64,000 nt of DNA from assembly GCA_950097015.1 (NCBI GenBank), contig CATNEN010000001.1:13826001-13890000 (forward strand). The letters are read 5' to 3'. Below, in pieces: positions 1-12,000 of the stretch. Numbering within the stretch: position 1 is the first letter of the stretch; each line of letters opens with the position of its first letter. This DNA is from Macrostomum hystrix. Its lineage: Eukaryota; Animalia; Platyhelminthes. Under the pieces are notes generated by a model, which saw only the letters and a program-made list of their open reading frames with translations, made no database searches and had not been told where the DNA came from. A program made the position numbers and the translations under genes.

Positions 1-200
1 ACTCGGTGTACTTTCACGAGCCGCTGCTGAATCCTGGCGATTACCTGCTGTCCGAGTCGCACTGCCTGTACGGTGGCAGGGGGCGGACCAGCAACAAGGG
101 CAATCTGTGGCGACGCGATGGCGCCCTGGTGGCCACCATCTTCCAGGAGGGCCTCGTGCGTATGCAGCGATCCGACGCGGCCGGTTCTCCGAAAGCCTAG
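1..200 (+). CDS. ACOT8: 3' end of an acyl-CoA thioesterase II (TesB/ACOT8-like) gene, paralog 1; 5' part lies outside the window
   Basis: HSVYFHEP...DYLLSESHC...GGRG...GNLWRRDGALVATIFQEGLVR matches the C-terminal hotdog-domain motifs of TesB/ACOT8 (HSxWFH, GRG, QEG). Stop TAG at 198-200. Confidence 0.85.
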   Translation, partial: SVYFHEPLLNPGDYLLSESHCLYGGRGRTSNKGNLWRRDGALVATIFQEGLVRMQRSDAAGSPKA

Positions 201-1952
201 AAACAATATATAATTTAAAATACACAGATTTTGTGCTTTTCGATACATGTCGGGAATTGTTATTTTAGATCGAAAATCACCGAAAATATTGTGTTTTCGA
301 TACATATCGGGTACTTAGATTTAGTTTTGATAGTTCGATGCTTGATTTGTTTTTAGGAGTTAGATAATAATGTGCTCCTAATTTACTTCCTTTATGGAAA
401 CCTTAGGAATTAAATAAATTGCAGAAGAATACGTTTTTCAGCACATATCGGAAGTATTGCGTTTAGCTACATATCGGAAAGCTTCAACATTTTAGAAATA
501 TATAGAAACGTATCTTTCGATACGTATGGTAAAATTTTCTATCTCAAATAAGATAAAAAAGATATTTTTCGATACATATCGAAAACTTTTTTCAATGCAG
601 GATAGTAAAACTCCAGAAGTATTAAAAGTTTTTTTGTTTTAATTTTATAGTATCTCCTATTTCTTATCCAGCTGCGATACAAAACAAACTCTTTCTTTGC
701 AGCATTTGTTAAAGCGTTGCTTTCCTAGAATCGTTTGGAAAGTTATGATGAAAAATTAATTTGCTCACTATGAGTAGTACGATATGTACACTGTTTTCTT
801 TAAATTGTGGGTGAATAGAAAGCTTGTCCTAAAAATCGCAAATAATGCTTTTACCAACCTACTTATATCCTTTTGCGAGTACTATAAACGCAAATGAAAG
901 CCTATATTTCTTAATTTTTGGCAACCCGCATTGCTTATAGTTCTCGTTATTAGAAACACAATATCCATTTTTTTAATTAGCTCGTATTTGTGAAAAAAAA
1001 TCTTTTTTACTTTTCGTGTTTTTTATTTCTTTTATTATTTTTACAATTATTATCAAGTTTGTTTTGGCATTTTTTCATGGCTTTAATGGCTAAGTTTTCA
1101 GAAAAAAAATGAAAGATAAAATGAAAAATCAATACTACTTAAAGTAGATAATACTCCTATGGTGAATATTTGCTCAAATATATTGACAATAGGACTTCTC
1201 CACAAGGGTGACATTGTATTTCTTGCCGACTTTAAAGAATTATCTTTAGATACAAACAGACTGCAAACTTCTCGTTTGTGAAATCACAATCGAAATGCTT
1301 TTCTTTGTTCTAGAAGCAAATACAATTAGCGGTATTGTGGCAGCAGACAATGGCTAGCTGGCTGACTTAATGAGTCTAATGGCTAGAAATCAATTTATAC
1401 TTGATTGACTCACAATTGACTTCACTTTTTTGCACATTTTATTTGGTAGACAATCCGACGAAGGCTTTGGTCTCAATAGGCAATTTTATGCTATGCAAAT
1501 AGCATCCGATATGTATTGAAAATAGGAAAAGTTAAAAACTGTTCACCCGATATGTATCGAAAGAATATAATACTCAGGATTGATTGCTAAAGAACTAGAT
1601 TTTTGCTATAAGATTTGTGTTGTTAAGTATCTGGTCTAATGAAAATCCAGGGATTTCAATATTGTAACATTTTTGCCTATTTTCTTTAAGGTCCTTTTTG
1701 TTGGATGATTTAAGGTGCTTGTGCACATGAATGCACAGCTCATTTCAAGTGACCCATTTGGCAGCCATTTACTCTTGACGGGTTTCTGCTAATTTGCCTT
1801 CCCATTTGCCTGCCTCGTTTTCCCTGGCATTGGCGTGTTCTCATCGTCTGTTACTGTTTCGCTACCTTCCTTGTGGGGCTTTCACAGTCCTTAGAAACAT
1901 AGCGCCAGCATGTAAAGCTACTTTTACTGGCTTTTAACACAATATATGAATT

Positions 1953-2861
1953 CCCATTCTGATCTCACCAGCTCACTCTCTCCCATTCTGTCTGATCTCA
2001 CCTGCTCACTCTCCCCCCATTCTGTCTGATCTCACCTGCTCACTCTCTCCCATTCTGTCTGATCTCACCTGCTCACTCTCTCCCATTCTGTCTGATCTCA
2101 CCAGCTCACTCTCTCCCATTCTGTCTGATCTCACCTGCTCACTCTCTCCCATTCTGTCTGATCTCACCTGCTCACTCTCCCCCCATTCTGTCTGATCTCA
2201 CCTGCTCACTCTCTCCCATTCTGTCTGATCTCACCAGCTCACTCTCTCCCATTCTGTCTGATCTCACCTGCTCACTCTCTCCCATTCTGTCTGATCTCAC
2301 CTGCTCACTCTCCCCCCATTCTGTCTGATCTCACCTGCTCACTCTCTCCCATTCTGTCTGATCTCACCTGCTCACTCTCTCCCATTCTGTCTGATCTCAC
2401 CTGCTCACTCTCTCCCATTCTGTCTGATCTCACCTGCTCACTCTCTCCCATTCTGTCTGATCTCACCTGCTCACTCTGTCCCATTCTGTCTGATCTCACC
2501 TGCTCACTCTCTCCCATTCTGTCTGATCTCACCTGCTCACTCTGTCCCATTCTGTCTGATCTCACCTGCTCACTCTCTCCCATTCTGTCTGATCTCACCT
2601 GCTCACTCTCTCCTATTCTGTCTGATCTCACCTGCTCACTCTGTCCCATTCTGTCTGATCTCACCTGCTCACTCTCTCCCATTCTGTCTGATCTCACCTG
2701 CTCACTCTGTCCCATTCTGTCTGATCTCACCTGCTCACTCTCTCCCATTCTGTCTGATCTCACCTGCTCACTCTCTCCCATTCTGTCTGATCTCACCTGC
2801 TCACTCTGTCCCATTCTGTCTGATCTCACCAGCTCACTCTCTCCCATTCTGTCTGATCTCA
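1953..2861. repeat. 33-bp minisatellite (CCCATTCTGTCTGATCTCACCTGCTCACTCTCT)n, about 27 copies
   Basis: Direct tandem repeat; explains ORF 2305..2898. Confidence 0.95.
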
Positions 2862-3048
2862 CTGAAATCAGGTTTAGCTTCTGAAGTAAAAAATTCATCT
2901 TTTAAGGTTGTATTATACTATTTAAATAATAAATAAATAAAGAAATGAATGTACAAATATATTATTTGTAAAAGCGATTTCTGCGGTGTTGAGTGCGCAG
3001 TGATGCACTTCTCTGCATTCTATTTCAGTGTTCGGTCAGTTGTACAAA

Positions 3049-6000
3049 ATGAACGCCGCATCTGTAAGGGCAGAAGTGTTCCGAAGAGCAATTTTCGGTC
3101 TGCAGAAACAAGCAGATGGCTGCTTGTGGTCCCATGTGCCTAGTTGGTAAGTAACTGACTTTTGTTTGCTTCAAAAAGACTTGGACAAAGCAGCCAAATT
3201 TTCTGTCACGTACGAAGCGTTTTTCTCTGATATGAAAAATTGACGACTTGAAAAAAATCTATTTCACCAGCTTTAAAGTGCCAGTTTTGCTAGTTAGAAA
3301 TTGTTTAATATCCGCACTAACTGACAGACTGAGGCAGACACTGAAGTATCAGGGACTGATGCAGACACTGAAGTATCAGGGACTGAGGCAGACACTGAAG
3401 TATCAGGGACTGAGGCAGACACTGAAGTATCAGGGACTGAGGCAGACACTGAAGTATCAGGGACTGATGCAGACGCTGAAGTATCAGGGACTGAGGAAGA
3501 CACTGAAGTATCAGGGACTGAGGCAGACACTGAAGTATCAGGGACTGAGACAGACACTGAAGTATCAGGGACTGAGGCAGACACTGAAGTATCAGGGACT
3601 GAGACAGACACCTTGCCCCAAAAAAATGTGGTACCTTCGCGAATTCGAACCAAGACCCTCCATGCATGTGTCGTTAAATTAAAGCAATGCGCCAATTAGC
3701 CCCTTCAGTCTGCAATGCGTAGTTTACTAATTTACTCCAATCACAGCTCTGAATTGGGTCGGCTGTGGCTTGGTGCCGGGTCATCAATGTACGGCGGTCT
3801 GCTGGTGGCTCAGGCAATGTCTGCAGCGCTGCTAGCAGATGAGCTGGGAGTGGATTCAAGAGGCTGGCGATTTCACTCAGTGCAAGCCTATTTTCTGCGA
3901 GCAGGTGAGAGACTATGTTTAAAGGAGGGCTTTGGGCAATGCTACATCATTTGGTGACACTAGACCCGCAGCCAGCGAGGAGGCAATTCTGCCCATGTAC
4001 ACAGCCAAACGCTCACACAGATGACAGGTGTGTACCTCTTTATATATTTGCCTTGGAGATTGGTTCTCAAGCGCGTAAATTGCACGACAAGTCCCCAAGC
4101 CTTCTCTCCGCGGCAGCGCCGCGTCTAAATGAATGTGACCTCGCCGCGAAATCGACCTCAGGGACCTTGGTGCGAGAGGCGAACGCCTACCTCCTACCTG
4201 TGCCTACCTCCACTAATTCACTGTTTCTGGTTAATTATTTTTATTTTAAAGAGCTCCTAGCTACTAACTAAGGATACCAGATAAACCTGACGTTGAAACA
4301 ATTTAAAACTAAGGTTCTATGAAGTGAGTAACCCGGGATTTCACGTCTTACCGGAACGTGACTTTCAGCCATGGAAGCTCTTCACAATTCCTTGTCGGCG
4401 TGTGTTTTTTCATCAAGTAAAACAAACCCGGCTTGCATCGTAACACAACATTCATGTCTGCCTGAATAATTCTAGCCGCGTTCTTATCTCTCTGCGCTGA
4501 AAAATTGCTACGAAAATAGGACATGCCCAAAGTATACAGACGAAGTAGAGAGACCAGTTCGTGTTCTCTTCAAGTGCAATTGGTCCGTCTATGTTCCAAT
4601 TAGAGATGAATTCATAAAGCAAGTGACAGGCGCTGTTCAGAATTTCAATAGCTTAACAGCCGAATACAAAATGCTATATTTAATGACACAGGAAAGCACA
4701 GACAAAAAAGAAAAACTAGTGCGATTCGTAGAAAAAATCATTACACTTAGATAAACAACGCGCGGCCCTAACGCCATAGTTAATTATTGTTTAATATCTG
4801 TAACTGAATGTAACTCTTCAATTCAGTTTAACTGTATTTTTTCCTGAGCAAAATTTGTTCGTCAGATCCCAGCTAAAGTTTCAGTTTTAAGCAAAAATAT
4901 TACGTTTTTGTACTACGGCTCGTAAATAAATATTTGGCTATATTTTTCTGCACATTCTTCTTATTTTCTTATTTTATTTTTATCGCATATTTAACTTTAT
5001 CTCGAGATTAATATAATTAATATAGTAATAGTAATATAGTATTAATATAATTAATTAAAAAACGATAAAAAATAATAATATAATCAATCGTAACAATGAT
5101 AATAATAATAATAATAAAATTAATCATAATAACGATAAAAAATAATAAAATCAATCATAACAATGTTGATAATAATAATAATAATAATAATAATAACATT
5201 AATCATAATAACGATAAAAAAATTAATGATAATATAATCAATCATAACAATGATGATAATAATAAAAATAATAAAATTAATTGCAATATCAATAAGAATA
5301 ATAATATTTGTATCTATAATTCGTGGCATTTTTGTGAAATTTTGCACGCAAATTAAAAATTCGTGCGTTGATCTGCTGAGCCAAAGTTATTTTACTAGGA
5401 TTTTCATTTAAAATGCGAAAATTAAAACAAAATCGTCATTAGACGACAAGTAGGTCTTTTACTTTAGGAGAAGGGGCATTGAAATTTGTGGAAAATATGT
5501 ACAGCGACAAAACATGCCTTCGAAATACAACCTTCTGCTTTATGTCAATGCCTCGGCGGGGACAATTTAGGTGTTTAACGCTCTCCAGGCTACGCGGGCT
5601 GCAGCGGTGACTGACATTTCTTAACCGCGCTTAAAGAGAACTTCGAGACGTTTCTTACCTTAACAAACTCTTGACTGGACAGACCTTGTTTCTGGCACTC
5701 GTTTTCTAGTAGAGAAAATTGTCTGCAACAGGAAATAATAGATTCTAATGCGCGAATGCCTGTACTAGCAGAAAACTTTTAGTTCTTACAGAAAAAAACA
5801 ATACGAAATCTAGTCTACAACATGTAATTGCATGCATGTAGTAGAGAATGGCTATGAGAACATGTTTCTCCTCTAGCATTACATGATTTCGCGCGCGCTC
5901 AAAATGTCCATGGCACAAAGTTATGGGCAGTTTAGCAAACAGGTATGGCAAGCCGTGGTTATTGACATAATAATAATATTATTATTAATTTTAAGCGCAG

Positions 6001-9000
6001 CCTCGGAGAGTGGATTCGTGGCTTGTCATTGAATTCACGCCTTTCAGGGCCAACCTCCAAGGCACAGTGAGAGTGTACACTGCCTGACGATGAGAAAGTC
6101 AGGGCAGATGTACACACCTGTGTGAGTGTGTGCTCACGAATCAGCGGAATGTGCAGTATTGCCTCCTCGCTGGCTGCAGGTCTACTGTCACCAAAAGGTG
6201 TGTTATTGCCAGCAGCCCTCCAGCAAAAAGTAATGTTTTAAGCCATAGACTGTCAAGGCGTTCATTGATCGACCTCAAATGTCCCTTCGAAATTATACAG
6301 TCCAAAAAACTACCTACTCATACTTGTACATCACGCGAAAAACATATTCGACTGGTTGGTTAATGAAATATGAGCACATCACGTCTGAGATGGAGCAGTG
6401 AACTGACTGTGAGCTCACAGAGAAACACTGTTTGCAATCAGCTGTCGACTGTCTTCATCCATTTCATTCTCGTCGGTCCATTTGTTCAGCCCACTCACTA
6501 ACGGACTGCGATCAAAGCAGGCAGCTCCGTTTAGTTCGAAACTGTCAGCCTCCTGCAGATCGTCCAACGGTATTTCTAGCAGGTCTTGTCGGACGCGCCT
6601 TCTCGACGCCAGTTTCAATGCTTGCGATGACGAGGCCAGTAGTCTAGCTGCCACGGTGGCGTCGTTAGTCACAGCGGCAGCAACGGTGCCGGCAGCTGTG
6701 ACAGCGGCGTCCGTGGCACCACCGATAGCGCCGGAGCCGGCCCGGTTGAGCCTTCGCTGCAGGCCGAACATCATGTTGCGGTAGCTGCTGCGGACCTCTC
6801 GCATTCGAGTGTACAGAATAATAGGGCTGGCCACAGTGAAGCTCACTGACAAAGCGTACAGGTAGGGCTGGACGTACATGATAAAGGAGACTTCGTTCTG
6901 AAGTATTTCCGTTTTAGTGTGCAGCACAATCTGCAGCAGCATGAACAGTTCGCCAAGTAGACTCGGCAGCATGGTTAGCACAAAGGCCAGCAGCAGCAGA
7001 AAGATCGTCCAAGCGCCTCGACGTCGCCTCGCAGTTGCCCGACTCTGGCCGCATGTTGGACGCAGAATGCGTCGACAGATGAGAGCCAGGCAGGTGCTAA
7101 TCACTAGCAAGCATACGGCTGTAACTACCGTCTGCGTGGCGTGTCCCATGTACCTGGTCAGGTGCAGCATAGTCACATTGTTGGAGCCCATCTTCAGTGG
7201 CGAATGCGGAGCCGGTGGCAGCGCCGGTATCAGCAACCGCGGCATAACGGTGGCCCGCACAATAAACGCAGAGGTTCGCGTGTGACGCATCTGGTACTGA
7301 AGGTCGTGCGTCAGTTTCCTTCCAGCATTTCCAATCAGGCCTTCCGTTTGGAATTGACGCTCGCTGCTCTGACACAGGGTGGGGGCTGTACTTGGCTTCG
7401 CATTGTCATCACCGGACATTGCCAGGTTGATCAGCACGGATAGGAAGCCTAGGCAGAGGCCGAGTATCCAGGTCCCTGCAATGCTGACCTTGGTGATCCT
7501 AGTTGAATAGATCTGATAGCGCATGCTGTGATTGACGGTGAGGTAGAGGTCCATGCTTAGACTGCACAGGCCCAGCATGATGAGAATGGTGCCGCTGTTC
7601 CGCGCGGCTTCAATCAGCATGTCCGTCCAGTTGAGGCAGAACTGGTTTAAGTCGGGTCGATGGATAGTGTTCACCAGCATGATGGTCGCACCGATGGCCG
7701 CCAGCAGGTTGGCAGCGGTGATGCTCACCAACAGTCGCGTCCGATTCGTCAGTTTCCGCTTGCCCCAGCTGCACAGCGTCACCATGGTAACAGCGTTGAT
7801 GGCCAAGCCGAGCATTGTGGCCACGAGTTCAATGATTTTTTCGGTGCTGAATAGCAGCATTCTCTCACAGCAATTGGTTAGATTGACGGCTCAGGCGGAA
7901 GCTGGGCTGCCGTAGTCTGCAATCAAAAGGATAACTAGCTGTTCTCACGCTCTAGTTCTCAGCTTTATTAAATAAGTACTCGTACTTCTATCAAAGACTC
8001 GGTGCAGATCTAAATGTGCGGTGATCGATTTTATTCATCATTGGCAATAATAACTGGGCACTCCCGGATTTTACGCACCCTACATAGTCGCTAAACCCTC
8101 ACGCCTTGTTCAACTTTTTCAAGTTGGTTTGGAGTTCGACAATTCAAACTAGTGAATTGCGTGGGTGTTCAGTCACGCAATTGTCCAACTTCCTTCCTTG
8201 TGTAGCCTCTGAAACTAGCGAACTGTATTTGAGACAGCTGCCTATTAGAAGCAGCAAGTTTCCATGAACATATTGGGTTTAATTAATTGAGTTAATTGTT
8301 TGGCTGAGATTTCTCCCATTTGTTTGGAGAGCTTCCGTTTCTCCTCTACCCAACACCGCTAATTCCTTACCGAAGCGGATTTGCCACTGAAAAAGTGCAT
8401 CGGTACTTCGAATATATTTTACAATTCACATTTTTATTCTCCAGGTAAGTCAGGGAACCTATTTTCATAAAATGCTGGTTTCGATGTTAAGCGATGTTGC
8501 AAATTAACAGGCAAGCAAACAAGCATGTCTGGATGATTATGATGATTTGCCGATGAAAGCGAATCTAAGGACACAGAAAAGATTAGGAATTCAAGCATTA
8601 ATGATTTATTTTTGTCTACCTGTACCTAGCTGTTAATCTGTAATCTACGTGTCTGTCAAGGTCATTAATTATCGCATGATAGGCTTGTCTGACGGGCATT
8701 ATTAGATACGATATTTGGTATAGGGAGGCACAACTTGCTTTCCAACTATTAGCAACAGCTTGCTAGGAACCCGCATAAGCCTACAGCAGCGGTGAGAGAG
8801 CAGTTAGTCAAACAGCCAGCGAACTGAAAGGTTAGATCGTAGTCAGGAAGGAAGATGATAGTCAGGAAGGGAGATGGTAGTCAGGAAGGGAGATGGTAGT
8901 CAGGAAGGGAGATGGTAGTCAGGAAGGGAGATGGTAGTCAAGAAGGGAGATGGTAGTCAGGAAGGGAGATGGAAGTCAGGAAGGGAGATGGTAGTCAGGA

Positions 9001-12000
9001 AGGGAGATGGTAGTCAGGAAGGGAGATGGTAGTCAAGAAGGGAGATGGTAGTCAGGAAGGGAGATGGTAGTCAGGAAGGGAGATGATGGACAGAAAGGGA
9101 AATGATGGACAGGAAGGGAGATGGTAGTCAAGAAGGGAGATGGTAGTCAGGAAGGGAGATGGTAGTCAGGAAGGGAGATGGTAGTCAGGAAGGGAGATGG
9201 TAGTCAGGAAGGGAGATGGTAGTCAGGAAGGGAGATGGTAGTCAGGAAGGGAGATGATAGTCAGGAAGGGAGATGGTAGTCAGGAAGGGAGATGGTAGTC
9301 AGGAAGGGAGATGATGGACAGAAAGGGAAATGATGGACAGGAAGGGAGATGGTAGTCAAGAAGGGAGATGGTAGTCAGGAAGGGAGATGGTAGTCAGGAA
9401 GGGAGATGGTAGTCAGGAAGGGAGATGGTAGTCAGGAAGGGAGATGGTAGTCAGGAAGGGAGATGGTAGTCAGGAAGGGAGATGGTAGTCAGGAAGGGAG
9501 ATGGTAGTCAGGAAGGGAGATGGTAGTCAGGAAGGGAGATGGAAGTCAGGAAGGGAGATGGTAGTCAGGAAGGGAGATGGTAGTCAGGAAGGGAGATGGT
9601 AGTCAGGAAGGGAGATGGTAGTCAGGAAAAGAGATGGTAGTCAGGAAGGGAGATGGTAGTCAGGAAGGGAGATGGTAGTCAGGAAGGGAGATGGTAGTCA
9701 GGAAGGGAGATGGTAGTCAGGAAGGGAGATGGTAGTCAGGAAGGGAGATGGTAGTCAGGAAGGGAGATGGAAGTCAGGAAGGGAGATGGTAGTCAGGAAG
9801 GGAGATGGTAGTCAGGAAGGGAGATGGTAGTCAGGAAGGGAGATGGTAGTCAGGAAAAGAGATGGTAGTCAGGAAGGGAGATGGTAGTCAGGAAGGGAGA
9901 TGGTAGTCAGGAAGGGAGATGGTAGTCAGGAAGGGAGATGGTAGTCAGGAAGGGAGATGGTAGTCAGGAAAAGAGATGGTAGTCAGGAAGGGAGATGGTA
10001 GTCAGGAAGGGAGATGGTAGTCAGGAAGGGAGATGGTAGTCAGGAAGGGAGATGGTAGTCAGGAAGGGAGATGGTAGTCAGGAAGGGAGATGGTAGTCAG
10101 GAAGGGAGATGGTAGTCAGGAAGGGAGAAACTTACCTTATCATTAACAGATGAGCCAAGCGGGATCTTATTGCCGAAGTGAAGTAAATTAAATTTATCAG
10201 TCGGGCAGAAATTCAGTTGCCGGTGCAAACCAGTTTATTTAATAAGCTTGCTATTCCTGGCTGTAGCTGCTGCTCTAGCTTCATCTACTATAGACTCAAT
10301 AGTTTCCATATGATGCAGCCAAGTGATTTCATTGGCTGCCGACTGACTGCCTAAACAGCAAATCGCTTGCTTCTTTCAGTCAGTCAGTCAGTCAGTCAGT
10401 CAGTCAGTCAGTCAGTCAGTCAGTCAGTCAGTCAGTCAGTCAGTCAGTCAGTCAGTCAGTCAGTCAGTCAGTCAGTCAGTCAGTCAGTCAGTCAGTCAGT
10501 CAGTCAGTCAGTCAGTCAGCCAGTCAGTCAGTCAGTCAGTCAGTCAGTCAGTCAGTCAGTCAGTCAGTCAGTCAGTCAGTCAGTCAGTCAGTCAGTCAGT
10601 CAGTCAGTCAGTCAGTCAGTCAGTCAGTCAGTCAGTCAGTCAGTCAGTCAGTCAGTCAGTCAGTCAGTCAGTCAGTCAGTCAGTCAGTCAGTCAGTCAGT
10701 CAGTCAGTCAGTCAGTCAGTCAGTCAGTCAGTCAGTCAGTCAGTCAGTCAGTCAGTCAGTCAGTCAGTCAGTCAGTCAGTCAGTCAGTCAGTCAGTCAGT
10801 CAGTCAGTCAGTCAGTCAGTCAGTCAGTCAGTCAGTCAGTCAGTCAGTCAGTCAGTCAGTCAGTCAGTCAGTCAGTCAGTCAGTCAGCCTAACAGTTCTG
10901 CTTAACAAAGGCTTTAAAATTCAAATTAAAAAAGCAAGTTAAGAGCTCCATTTAAAGGAACCGGTCCATTTGAAACAATTTCATTGATTAGTTAAATGAG
11001 CTTGTGTCTGTCGCTGGGATTCGGTAAAAATGCTTTATTCAATTCCGACAGTGTCAGGTTCAGTTCTGTCTCTGTGTTAGTGCAGTGTTCTTGTGCAGTC
11101 CGTTATCTATCAAGCAGATGTACTTTTAGCCTTTTATTGCCGCTACTTATTGCTAACAGTGGCTTAGATCAGAGTGAATGCAGATGCATGAAATCGCGAA
11201 ATCAGAACACTGCAGCATCGCAGATTAGTTAGACTAAGCTGCTTAACTATTTAATAAGACTCTGGTTGGTTTAGTGATTGGTCAAGTATTTGAGTGCCGC
11301 TTGTGTCAGATAATCAGTGACTGACGCCTTGCTGTCCATGAATATAGCTGTCAGATTTGAAACAAAGATCAGTTGGGCAAACTAGCTCTGACGACAGGTA
11401 GAAATACACGGAGACCAGTTTGATTTGATGAGAAAACTGTGTACTCTACAAGGTGGAAAAAAATATAGGGAAGCATGATGATATTGGAGGCAGACGGTAG
11501 CTTTGCTGATGGGTAGGCTGGAGTATAGAAGGTGAATAAGAAAGTAGACACTATAGATTTAAAAGTAGACAATGTAGATAAAAGAAAAATGGTAGACATG
11601 GGAGTACATAAAGCAGACAGGAGGTTAGATAAAGTAGACAGAACAGTAGATAAAGTAGACAGGGGAGTAGATAAATTAGACAGGAAAGTAGATAAAGTAG
11701 ACAGAACAGAAGATAAAGTAGACAGTACAGTAGATAAAGTAGACAGGAGAGTAGATAAAGTAGACAGGAGAGAAGATAAAGTAGACAGAACAGTAGATAA
11801 AGTAGACAGGAGAGTAGATAAAGTAGACAGTACAGTAGATAAAGTAGACAGGGGAGTAGATAAATTAGACAGGAAAGTAGATAAAGTAGACAGGAAAGTA
11901 GATAAAGTAGACAGAACAGAAGATAAAGTAGACAGTACAGTAGATAAAGTAGACAGGAGAGTAGATAAAGTAGACAGGAGAGAAGATAAAGTAGACAGAA

